This document shows positions 27,061 to 39,010 of a stretch of 64,000 nucleotides of DNA, in pieces. The stretch comes from Eledone cirrhosa (taxonomy: Eukaryota): contig OZ024755.1 of assembly GCA_964016885.1 (NCBI GenBank), forward strand, positions 3,472,001-3,536,000, written 5' to 3'. Position numbers and translations under genes: made by a program. The notes under the pieces are model-generated. The model was given only the letters and a program-made list of their open reading frames with translations, was not told the origin of the DNA and did not search any database. Position 1 is the stretch's first letter, and the number at the start of each line of letters is the position of its first letter.

Positions 27061-27131
27061 TATTTTATTATGCGCATTTCAAAAACAAATATCATCATGA
27101 GATGACATCTGCGTTTTCATCAGATGAAATA
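27061..27131 (-). ncRNA. Type I minimal hammerhead motif (inverted twin of 27250-27320)
   Basis: Same motif on the minus strand with one mismatch in stem I (TATTTCAT). Confidence 0.8.
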
Positions 27132-27249
27132 GGGATACATGATATGAAGGTTAAAAAACACTTGTGAATAGTGAAGTTTTAAATCAACATATCATGATTT
27201 AAAACTTCACTATTCACAAGTGTTTTTTAACCTTCATATCATGTATCCC

Positions 27250-27320
27250 TATTTTATCTGATGAAAACGCAGATGTCATCTCATGATGATATTTGTTTTT
27301 GAAATGCGCATAATAAAATA
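27250..27320 (+). ncRNA. Type I minimal hammerhead ribozyme motif
   Basis: TATTTTAT-CTGATGA-AAACGCAGATGTCATC(tcat)GATGATATTTGTTTTT-GAAA-TGCGCA-TA-ATAAAATA: perfect 8-bp stem I, 16-bp stem II with one mismatch, palindromic stem III ATGCGCAT. Predicted cleavage after 27312. Confidence 0.88.
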
Positions 27321-27441
27321 CTTGGAACTCTTTTAACCATCTTTTGATCTTATATTATTTATACTTCAGTCCTACAAACTGTTGAGTGCTACTTATCCGA
27401 TATTTGCATTGCTTTATTGTGCTACAATAAAACTCACCTCC

Positions 27442-27471
<30 letters not shown>

Positions 27472-27474
<3 letters not shown>

Positions 27475-27547
27475 CGAAGGAAATTTATTTTAGTCCAGAA
27501 TTTGCCGTCGAAACGGCTTGAGCTCAGCCGTCGGGGTCCTACTCGTT

Positions 27548-27551
<4 letters not shown>
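27472..27551. mobile_element. Internally deleted family P1 cassette in (TA)n
   Basis: Same left end (TAACGAAGGAAAT) and right end (GTTCCTA) as 13988-14189. Retains GAAA-CGGCT(tgagctc)AGCCG-TC-GGGGTC. Confidence 0.8.
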
Positions 27552-27614
<63 letters not shown>

Positions 27615-27983
27615 ATAAATTAACGGAGCCATAGATCTCGCTATTCCCTGTCAATAATGTGCTCAAAGGAGAAGAAATCGTGAGCTCTTTAAAATACAAT
27701 ATGTTGAAAAGGTTATAGATTCCATACACTGGTGGTTTTTCCCTGTTTTATTGATAGCCCACTGTATCTCTCTATAGTGTGTTACCTTTTCAACACATTT
27801 TATATATCTCTTCTGCGGCCTCGATATGAATACCCCCTCCGCCTCCGTGGTATTTTCTCCGTGGTTATAAGAGGCTTAGCTCTGTTTCTCGACCGTTATA
27901 TCGCGTGACTATCTCCCCCTCCGCCTTTTGGGATTTTTTCTCACGTCGTGTAGACGCGTTCTTGAGACTAGTAAAATGAGGTA

Positions 27984-28073
27984 TCCTCTTGATAAGTCGG
28001 CAGACCTCGCAGGGACTCTATATCTTTATGATATATTGTTTTTGTTTATGCCACGAAACTACGTAGTCGAGGA
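27984..28073 (+). ncRNA. Type I hammerhead motif with variant U3-A8 core, in a (TA)n-flanked cassette (~27611-28145)
   Basis: TCCTC-TTGATAA-GTcGGCA...TGCCAC-GAAA-CTACGTAG-TC-GAGGA: 5-bp stem I, G10.1-C11.1 pair, perfect palindrome ACTACGTAGT as stem III, GUC triplet. Confidence 0.8.
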
Positions 28074-28142
28074 ATTTAGGAGCAGTTTAGGTATGATACA
28101 TTTTATTACTAATTATATCTAAATGTTTCTTCTCTCTTCATA

Positions 28143-28257
<115 letters not shown>

Positions 28258-28386
28258 GAAGTTCTATTTAAATTGTTGGGATACAACAAGCAAATATTTT
28301 TATAACTGATATAAAGCACTCAACAAATTATTGGAGTAAAAATACGATATATTAACAAATGGAAACTATATTTATAAAACCATATT

Positions 28387-28451
28387 TATTTCATTATACA
28401 TATTTCAAGGACACCAAGTTAAATTATGATGTGCTTTCATCAGATAAAATA
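28387..28451 (-). ncRNA. Type I minimal hammerhead motif, diverged relative of family P2 (cassette ~28255-28530)
   Basis: TATTTTAT-CTGATGA-AAGCACATCA(taatttaact)TGGTGTCCTT-GAAA-TATGTA-TA-ATGAAATA. Confidence 0.8.
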
Positions 28452-28584
28452 TAATATAGAGCAGTTTTATAAATAAATATTGACATACCCTTAAAGAATG
28501 CGACCATTTCTGTTGGAAGCTCCCGGATAGTATATATATATATATATAATGCTCCCGGATTATATATATATATATATATATATA

Positions 28585-28698
28585 TAACGAAGGAAATGTG
28601 GTAAGGAACCAGGTGAACCATAACGCACCAAAGTACTCAATACTTAGGGTAGTAGAGTGGGTAATAGGAACCAGTAAGACCCCGGGGTCTTACTGGTT

Positions 28699-28703
<5 letters not shown>
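28585..28703. mobile_element. Family P1 cassette: 79-nt tail plus perfect loopless 40-bp palindrome
   Basis: ATAGGAACCAGTAAGACCCC|GGGGTCTTACTGGTTCCTAT (28664-28703), with the same termini as 13988-14189. Confidence 0.85.
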
Positions 28704-28762
<59 letters not shown>

Positions 28763-29141
28763 GTGTGTGTGTGGTGTGTATTTATATATATATATTTATA
28801 TATATAAACAGAGAAGGGAAAGAGAGAATGTGTATGCGGTGACAGACAGACAGACAGACAGACAGATAAGACATTGTGTTACAATAGATTCTAATTCCAA
28901 TCTGAATAAACGAACATATAAATGTTAAATATTAAAAAGATCGGAAAAGAGGGGAATGTCTAAGTGTTAATCTTTATAAATGGTTAAACTATAAGTAGTG
29001 AACATACATTTTACTTACAGCCATTGTTGTTGGTGTTAGACACTTGTTGACAGACACAACTCTAACGTCTGCTTAATACATCGTGGGTGAAATATAGATA
29101 TTTTGACAGACAGACACACACACATACATAGACACAGACAG

Positions 29142-29184
<43 letters not shown>

Positions 29185-29643
29185 GCTTTTCCTCACACAA
29201 TTATCCCACATAATATGGAAACTATGAGATTTTGAAGTCGGTATGAGTAGCCAGTTACGGCTGGTTTGAACAGAAAGAGATGAGAGAATTCTGGCCAGAT
29301 ATGGCCGGTGCTCTTGTGTATGTATATATATATTTATGTATCTATATATGTGTGTGTCTGTGTCTGTGTGTGTGTGTGTGTGTAAACGGACAATAGTACT
29401 TATCTTAAGCTTTAGTATTTCACATTTGACTATGTTTAATTCAGTAATTTATGGGAAGTCAACTTTCGGGAGTCTATCGGATTACATTCATTGTTTTACA
29501 ATAAATATCATCTCTTCTATTATCATTTATTTTTTCCTTGTCATTTCTTGTCTTCTCCAACGATGATAGATAATACGTCTTAAATTCAAATACTGCCATA
29601 CACGTTATATATATATATATTTTTTTTCATATATATATATATA

Positions 29644-29748
<105 letters not shown>

Positions 29749-29802
29749 TGTCCATATATATGTGTGTATTTATATACATATATATATACATATATATGTA
29801 TG

Positions 29803-29847
<45 letters not shown>

Positions 29848-30128
29848 ATATATATATATATATATATATGTATATACATGTATATATATATATACACATA
29901 TATATACATATATATATACACACGCACACACATATATATATATAGACACACACACACACATATTAATATTACATATATCTGTGCAGTTCTTTTCAATTAT
30001 TTATTTACGTCTTACAAATGTGACATGAATAAAAAGAAAGTAAAAAGAATCTGTAATATATTGAGATGTAGGGGAATAAAGGGGAGGATAACGTTAGCAG
30101 CAGCTCTTGAAGTTGATTGATATATTTA

Positions 30129-30167
<39 letters not shown>

Positions 30168-30223
30168 AAGATGGCGTAGGACAGAACAAAGGAGAGGCAC
30201 AAAAACAAAGAAAAGAATCCCTA

Positions 30224-30266
30224 GTCACTGAAGAGGTCACAGAATGTGTGACCAAAGAACTTTGAC
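30224..30266 (+). ncRNA. Degenerate minimal hammerhead motif (G12 missing) in a (TA)n-flanked cassette ~30164-30350
   Basis: GTCA-CTGAAGA-GGTCACA(gaatg)TGTGACC-[G]AAA-GAAC-TT-TGAC. Stems I and II are perfect, but the G of GAAA is absent. Confidence 0.65.
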
Positions 30267-30353
30267 AATATATGAACAACCGTCCGGTTGTGGAACCAAC
30301 CAACCAACCAACCGGAAATTTATAAATTCTTAAATTTATAAATTTTATTTATA

Positions 30354-30604
<251 letters not shown>

Positions 30605-30847
30605 CGTTGAAGTCTTTTGTTCAAAGATAATCTTTATCTTGTTAAGAAGGATGTGACTTTAAAATATCGCCAAACACTTAAAACTCCAACCCGCGAATGT
30701 TTGACGTATGCTCCTTTACTCCTTTATATATATAAAGTCATCTTGTTGTTAACTACATATTTCTCTGTCTGTCTGTCTCTCTTTCTCTCACTCTCTCTCT
30801 GTCTCTCTCTTTCTCTCCCCCCTCTCTCTCTCTCTCTTCCTCTCTCT

Positions 30848-30902
<55 letters not shown>

Positions 30903-30934
30903 AAGGATGGAAAATATCTTACTCCAATATTTGA

Positions 30935-31260
30935 TTTTAATTTTAAATCTTTAGTTTTTAACTCCTATTAATTCTTTTTAATTTTTTATTTCAATACTCA
31001 ACATTTGATAAGATGAATTTTAATAATACATCGAAACCGGTACATTATATACTTTATATACTTTATATACTTTATATACTTTATATACTTTATAAAACTT
31101 CTTTTAAAAAAGAATTGTCCCTCTCATTTTTTCAATAATCTCACTTTGACCAATCAAAGAAAGGATAAAAAAAGAAAAACAGACCCTTAAATATATTTTC
31201 CGTGCTATTTCCAACTTCACCTTTTCTCTATATCCAGTTTTGTATAGAACCTTACTTCCC

Positions 31261-31270
<10 letters not shown>
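30935..31270 (+). mobile_element. (TA)n-embedded AT-rich interspersed repeat (family P3); near-identical inverted copy at ~41680-42000
   Basis: ~330 bp shared at high identity, differing mainly in the number of TATATACTT units. Contains TTGATAA-GATG..CATC-GAAA-CCGG-TA. Confidence 0.85.
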
Positions 31271-31352
<82 letters not shown>

Positions 31353-31359
31353 CATATAT

Positions 31360-31484
<125 letters not shown>

Positions 31485-31497
31485 CATACATATATAA

Positions 31498-31529
<32 letters not shown>

Positions 31530-31535
31530 ATATAT

Positions 31536-31600
31536 AATGTTTAATATAGAATGGCTTCTGCAGGACTAGAACTGTTTCACTCGAAGGAAATCATCAGGAA
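31536..31600 (-). mobile_element. Small cassette with degenerate hammerhead motif; relative at 19727-19804
   Basis: Minus strand TTC-CTGATGA-TTTCCTTCGAGT-GAAA-CAG(ttctagtc)CTG-CA-GAAG, where the U of NUH is replaced by C. The 19727 copy lacks stem III. Confidence 0.55.
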
Positions 31601-32441
31601 AGAAGAAGAAGAAGAAGAAGAAGAAGAAGAAGAAGAAGAAGAAGAAGAAGAAGAAGAAGAAGAAGGGAGTTAGGGGTGGATAGAAAAAGGGGCAGGAAGT
31701 TATAAAGTATGTATATTTCAAGTGAACTGTGTCAACTACCAGCATTATAGTCACACACCAGTTAGCAGAGATAATGCTGAAAACCCCTACACTATTAAAA
31801 CATCAACAACAGCAACAACAACTGGCCTCCACCCGCACAACAACAACAGCAACAACAACAGCAACAACAACAGCAACAGCAACAACACCACCAACAACAC
31901 CACCACCACCACCAACAGCAACAATACCACCACCGACAACACCACCAACAACACCACCACCAACAACACCAACAACACCAACAACACCACCAACAACAAC
32001 AACAACAACAGCAACAATAACACCAATAACACCAACAACACCAACAACACCAACAACACCAACAACAACAACAACAACAACAGCAACAACAACACCAATA
32101 ACACCAACAGCAATACCAAGACTATCAACACCAATAATAACACCACCAACACCACCACCAGTGATGATAGTAAAGAAGAAGAAGAAGAAGAAGAAGAAGA
32201 AGAAGAAGAAGAAGAAGAAGAAGAAGAAGAAGAAGAAGAAGAACAACAACAACAACAACAACAACAACAGCAACAACGACAACGACAATAACCACAACAA
32301 ACAACAAAGACCAGCATCAATTGAAGCCAGTGATATTGATGCGGGTATTTGAGAGATGTAACAGTAAAGAAGGGAATATCATTTGACAGACAATAAGACT
32401 CAGTTAGAGGTGGTGGTCTTAAACAGAAATAAACATTGGAC

Positions 32442-32482
<41 letters not shown>

Positions 32483-32816
32483 GGGTGTATGTGTGTGTGT
32501 GTGTGTGTGTGTGAGTGTACGTGTTAGTGTCTTGCACGTGTCTAATTGACACACACATCTATATATATATGTCAATTAGACACGTGCAACATACTAAACG
32601 CACACTAACACACACACACACACACACACACATACATACGTGCACACACACATACACATACGTGCATGCGCAAACACATACATATGTATTTATTTACATA
32701 ATATACACATACATATATACCTACATTTATCGCTCGCTTCTGTGTTCGAACATTGAGTGAGTAATTGTGAGCAAACGGGATTATAGCGAATATATTTTCT
32801 AAAACCTCGCTACGTA

Positions 32817-32870
<54 letters not shown>

Positions 32871-33060
32871 TAGGTTCACCCGGGTGAGCACTCGGTGTTT
32901 AGGTTCACTTCAGTGTCAAGGTGTAGAGCTAGACAGAGTGTATTACAGTGAAATAAAATAACAAGGACGATTGGTTACTCCTTCATTACGTTTATTGGTT
33001 GGTGACGCGCGTTTCGCCACTGATCAGCTCAAGGTTCGATGTGTATCGATCTAGCCTGAC

Positions 33061-33093
<33 letters not shown>

Positions 33094-33204
33094 GTGTGTG
33101 TGAGTCCTGGGTTTAATCGGGAGTAACCAAAGTAAGGTTCTCAATACATTAGCAGGTTGGGAGACAACCATAGGAGATTCCTTCTGCGTTGGGAGTTCAA
33201 ATTT

Positions 33205-33350
33205 ACGTTCTGAGTTCAAATCTCACCAAGGTTAGCTTTGCTTTTCATCCTTACTGAGTCGAGAATAAAATAAAGTACCAGTAATGCACTGGGGTCAATT
33301 TAATCGACTTTCCCCTCCCCTTGCCAAAATTCTTAGCCTTGAACCTAAAT
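33205..33350 (+). mobile_element. SINE family A, 5'-truncated
   Basis: CGTTCTGAGTTCAAATCTCACCAAGGTTAGCTTTGCTTTTCATCCTTAC..AAAGTACCAGTAATGCACTGGGGTC. Confidence 0.8.
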
Positions 33351-34289
33351 CTTGCTGTGGTCTACTTGGGCGGTAGATACACCACTCACAAGGCTGTTGG
33401 TTGTCTTTAGCAGAGTCTAATCTCTTGCAAACATTCTGGCTAGGTCTCCGGTTTCAGGATCCTTCCCATTAGTTTGGGAGGCCCTGGAAAAGCGTCATGG
33501 ACACTTTTCTTTCTCTCGACTAAGTGACTAAGAAAGTGAATTACTTCATTCTAAGAGACGAGAGACAAATCAACGTCTTTGACAAGATTCGATCTCCAGA
33601 CTGTAAAGCTAAAAGTTTGATATCGGTCTCACTTGGATATTTTATCTCCATCTAGCCTTAACAGAAATGTTAAACTCAGTCAGATAGTATAATATAAAAT
33701 AAAAGTCTTGACGTTCACATTAAATCTCCAATGATGTTTTCGCTCAACGGGGTTTAGATTTTAAATTTACTACTTCTCTTTAGCTGCAGTCTTCAGTGAA
33801 AAGACGGAGAAAAAGAAAGGTACTTTTAAAAGCTTCTTCGATGTCAACTAAGTTAAGAGACAAAGATGAAACTCAAAACAAATACCTAGACAAATAGTTG
33901 TGTTGAAAATGGCTGCCGAAAATAATAAAGCACGCCTTTGAACGGTAATATTTTTACGACGACCGCAAAGTAGCGAGTTATGGGTCTATAAATCTTGAAA
34001 TATTCAACTACAACAACAACAAGGAAGTATTTCTATTTCGTTCCGATATTTCGTCCTTCAGTTATGGTTTTATATGTCACCTGTTTGCTCGTTAGTCTAT
34101 GAGACCCAGCACAGAGTCATTGAAGCGTGATAAAGCGAATTAAAAGACAATAGGTTTTCACTTTTATAGAGTTTCCAAGATAAATATCAACAATTTTATG
34201 GCCCATCGAGAGCAGTTGAAAGCTCATTCCGACAGCCATCAACGTAAAACGACGGGGAAAACACAGGAAGATATAGATAGGAATGTATT

Positions 34290-34334
<45 letters not shown>

Positions 34335-34514
34335 CTAGATAGATTGATAGAGAGATTGATAGAGAGATAGATAGATAGATTGATAGAGAGATAGATGGAT
34401 GGATGGATAGAGAGATACAAATATAGATAGATACGTAGTGATATATATGCATGTATGTATGTATGTATGTATGTATGTATGTATGTATGTATGTATATAT
34501 ATATATATATATAT

Positions 34515-34569
<55 letters not shown>

Positions 34570-35021
34570 GATAAATAGATAAATGTATAGGTAGATAGAT
34601 ATATAGATAGATAAATATATAGATACGTAGATAAATAGATAAATGTATAGCTAAATGTATAGATATATAAATATATAGATAGATAAATAAATAGATAGAC
34701 AAAGAGTCAGTGAAAGAAATATATAATGTGATAGGTAACAGATGCTGATTGCAAAAAATTGCTCTATTAATGTTTCCGCTAACGACTTTATTCTAAGTTT
34801 TATTTTCTCCCGAAAGAAGGAGTTATAAAAAAACTATTCAATGATTCACAAGAAAGTTAAAGAGAGAAGAAGAAGAAAATAAAGAAAGTATCATTTATAA
34901 AACAGACTTTTATGAGCTTGTCTTGCAATACAGGTTTTTTTGCTCATTTACCTACGATAATGTTAGTAGTTACTGATTGAAGGACCCAAACAGAAAACAC
35001 GGATACTACTATCATTAGATA

Positions 35022-35118
<97 letters not shown>

Positions 35119-35336
35119 ACATACACACACATATATACATATATATATATGTATATATGTATGTATGTATATATATATATGTATGTGTATGTATGTATGC
35201 ATATATAAATGTATACATGCATATACATACATGCATACAAATATACTTACACACATATACACATAGATACGTATATATATATACATATATATATATACAC
35301 ATACATATACATATATATATATACACACATACACAT

Positions 35337-35441
<105 letters not shown>

Positions 35442-35948
35442 CTAACACATGTACATTTTGTTGCCCATGTATCATATACTAACATAAAAACGTTCACGAA
35501 ACCACAAACACACACATATTTGTATTTGCGCACACAAACACATACATACACACACACAAACATACACATACACACTCTCTCTCACTCACACACCCTCGTA
35601 TAATACACACACATAAACACACATTGAAAGCCAGCTTCATATATTAGTTACGTCAGCTGAATATATTTTTATTAGGCAACAAGAAATCCTTTACATGTCA
35701 CTCGATCTGCTAGAAATAGTCCTCAAACCATCCTCAAATCCCACAATAACGGAGAAACAGAAAACAATACCACAAGGTATTTTATCCGACGCTGTAACGG
35801 ATCAATAAATTTGCCACTTCAGTTAGTAAAATTGATACCACCTTCCACCAAAATAGGAATTTTAGTGTTACAGCTTTTCAGTTGAAATGTCTATACATAT
35901 TTTTGGAACACACTGTATATTAAAACAAAATTTTTAAAATACGTAAAC

Positions 35949-36021
35949 TGGAGAATCCGGGCATCGATCCCGGTACCTCTCGCATGCAAAGCGAGCGCTC
36001 TACCATCTGAGCTAATTCCCC
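35949..36021 (-). tRNA. tRNA-Ala (TGC)
   Basis: 73-nt Ala body with anticodon loop TT-TGC-AT. Confidence 0.96.
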
Positions 36022-36390
36022 AACTGACATTGATGTGTTTTTAAATCTAATATTGATGAAGGTAGTAAAATTAATACCACTCTCCACCAAAATAGGAGTT
36101 TTAGTGTTACAGCCTTAATGACAAAGACACAAGGTCATCAGTGAGATCAATCGAGAGGACATGACTGATATTTATTTATTTAATCGATTTAAACGTCCGT
36201 ATAGAGCTAGTAAGTAATGATAGACTATTGACTATCGAGTCAATTTTACAGTTGAGAAACAAAAACAAAAAAAAAACTAAAAGAAACTAGACAGAGATAG
36301 GTAGTCTATTATAAACATCGTTACCTTTAATTATTAAATAAATAGACAAAATATAAAAAAAAATGTAGAAAAGTTACAACATAACTTGAT

Positions 36391-36463
36391 TGGAGAATCC
36401 GGGCATCGATCCCGGTACCTCTCACATGCTAAGCGAGCGCTCTACCATCTGAGCTAATTCCCC
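36391..36463 (-). tRNA. tRNA-Ala (AGC)
   Basis: 73-nt Ala body, ATGTGAG variant. Confidence 0.96.
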
Positions 36464-37039
36464 ACTTGCTGTAAATGGTCTTTGATATATTTATATTTCA
36501 ATATTAACAAAGCCAATGATAGAACCATGATATCATTCACTAATATTTGTTGTGATAGGATCTTACGTATTACTAATTAGGTCGATTTTACCTTTTATCA
36601 TTTCATTAGATATACAATATTATATGAGAAGAGACGGAGGCTAGTGGCAGTTTGGCTCCTTTGTGTTCGGACCTAGTGTATATATATATGTGTATATTTA
36701 AATATAATTGTTTTATATATCCTTGGGTCTTTTATAAAATAGTGTGTCATGATAAATGGAAAGTTAATGGTCTTTAGTCTGATAGAAGAGCTTTGATCTG
36801 TTTCTAAAACTAATTAGGTCTTCCCAACATACCTGCCAGGTATGATAAGTCAAACGAAAGTTTGTCTCTTTTATACCTGCACCAGGTGGTCTGTTATTAA
36901 CATCATAACTGTCACTTATTAAACAAATATCACTAGAAATCTATCACAGGTAAGTTTAACAAAATCTATCACAGGTAAGTTTAACAAAATCTATCATAGG
37001 TAAGTTTAACAAAAATCAAAAGTTAGAACCTAACTTCAC

Positions 37040-37111
37040 TGGAGAATCCGGGCATCGATCCCGGTACCTCTCGCATGCAAAGCGAGCGCTCTACCATCTG
37101 AGCTAATTCCC
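37040..37111 (-). tRNA. tRNA-Ala (TGC) lacking one 5' G (variant, pseudogene or sequencing error)
   Basis: Only GGG precedes AATTAGC, versus GGGG in the paralog at 36021 with the same flank (GTCAGTT). Confidence 0.8.
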
Positions 37112-37462
37112 AACTGACAATCGATGTGTTTTTAAATCTAATATTTCAATATTGATGAAGGTAGTATAATTAATACCACTCTCCACCCAAAATAGGAGTT
37201 TTAGTGTTACAGCCTTACAGTGAGATCAATCAAGAGGACATGACTGATATTTATTTATTTATTTAATCGATTTAAACGTCCGTATAGAGCTAGTAAGTAA
37301 TGATAGACTAGGGGAAATATCTAGTCAATTTTACAGTTGAGAAACAAAAAAAAAAAAAACTAGACAGAGATAGGTGGTCTATTATAAACATCGTTACCTT
37401 TAATTATTAAATAAATAGTCACTAGACAAATATTTTCTAAAAAATGTAGAAGCTAAGTTGAT

Positions 37463-37535
37463 TGGAGAATCCGGGCATCGATCCCGGTACCTCTCGCATG
37501 CTAAGCGAGCGCTCTACCATCTGAGCTAATTCCCC
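37463..37535 (-). tRNA. tRNA-Ala (AGC)
   Basis: Body identical to 4590-4662. Confidence 0.96.
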
Positions 37536-37767
37536 ACTTGCTATTGATACTCCGTTCTTGACATATTTATATTTCAATATTAATAAAATGTAGTACCATA
37601 TTAATAAAATGTAGTACCATATTAATAAAATGTAGTACCATATTAATAAAATGTAGTACAATATCAATAAAATACAAGTACCAGTAATGTACTGAGTAAT
37701 TGCTGGCCTTGTGCCAAAAGTAGAAACAATATTAATAAAATGTAGAAAAGTTAAAACCTAACTTAAT

Positions 37768-37840
37768 TGGAGAATCCGGGTATCGATCCCGGTACCTCTC
37801 GCATGCAAAGCGAGCGCTCTACCATCTGAGCTAATTCCCC
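37768..37840 (-). tRNA. tRNA-Ala (TGC)
   Basis: 73-nt Ala body with T-loop variant ATCGATA. Confidence 0.95.
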
Positions 37841-37954
37841 AACTGACACCCAATGCGTTTTTAAATCTATTATTTCAATATTGATGAAGGTAGTAAATGG
37901 AAGAATACGGTATGTATTAACGAAATAACAATATGTTGGTTTTCTTTTTCCTGG

Positions 37955-38375
37955 GGTGGTTTTCGTAGCGGGTGTCGCTGGCCATTGTCCGTGGTAACAC
38001 CCCACTTGGTGGGGGTGGCTGTTGGAGCAGGTGTCGCTGGCTATTGTTCGCGGCAATGCCTTTGCTATTTTGTCCGAGGGACGCCGCCGAAACACCACTC
38101 CTGACTTAGGTATAGAGTCCGTCATCCTTTCCCTTTTATCCTTTCTTTCTTTCGTTGCTTAATAATTCTTACCCTTTCCCTCTTTTCCTCTCGTTTATAG
38201 TCTTTTACAAGTATCGGTCGCTCTCCGACAGGTTTGCGGTTGTGCCCTTGGCAGTGGAGACTTCTGGTGTCCTCGGCCCTAGGGCTACCTCCCTACTCAC
38301 CACCATAGGCACTGAGCTGGCCAGCCGCAGGTGTGAACCTCGCGAGCTGGAATGGCTATTCCAGCGCATCTCCGA
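37955..38375 (+). mobile_element. Three stacked 3'-terminal fragments of a CRE-like (restriction-like endonuclease) non-LTR retrotransposon
   Basis: WFS*RVSLAIVRGN (from 37957), WLLEQVSLAIVRGNAFAILS (from 38016) and YKYRSLSDRFAVVPLAVETSGVLGPRATSLLTTIGTELASRRCEPRELEWLFQRIS (38206-38373) match the KY..L...F.P.A.ET.G..G ... QRISLAI.RGNA signature. Confidence 0.8.
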
Positions 38376-39010
38376 GGCAGAGTTATAAACTATTGTAAAT
38401 AAAACTATTTAATTATTGTCTTTTACAATGCTACTTTTTATGTTTGACTAAATATTAAATTTATTTACTATTTTTATGTAATTTTATCCTAGAAATAAAA
38501 AAGCTTCTGAACATATTAAAAAAAAAGAAGAAGCAAGAACGAAAATTAAAACCAATCTCTTGTTTTCTGTTTTTAATAATTGTATTATTGATATCCATGT
38601 CACCTCTGTTTGCTGTTCATGTTCTTGATACTGAAATGACCGTTGTTGTAGAGGGTACTGTTATAAACCGAGTAGCTTCATTACTAATTGTTGTTGTTCA
38701 TGTTATTGTTGTAGAGGTACTGTTGTACGCCGAGTAGCTTCATTACTAATTGTTGTTGTTCATGTTGTTGACGCTGAAATGACCGTTGTTGTAGAGGTAC
38801 TGTTGTACGCCGAGTAGCTTAATTACTAATTGTTATTTTGTTTAATGAAGGCTGCATGAATAAATGTGAACCAATCAACTTTAGAGTCTCACTTCCTTTC
38901 TGCAAGAACTGGTCGGGTGACTATAATTTTTCCTGTGTCGATATTTAAAAAATTTTTAATTTTTGATTTGTTGTTGTTGTTGTAGTCGTGTAATAGTGTA
39001 ATATTAGTTC

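Larger units (their letters stand above)
27023..27445. mobile_element. (TA)n-embedded fold-back element, family P2: 164-bp inverted arms plus ~85-nt tail, one hammerhead per arm
   Basis: Arms 27023-27186 and 27195-27358 (8-nt spacer, near-perfect), tail 27359-27445. A homologous single arm lies at ~14203-14360. Confidence 0.85.
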
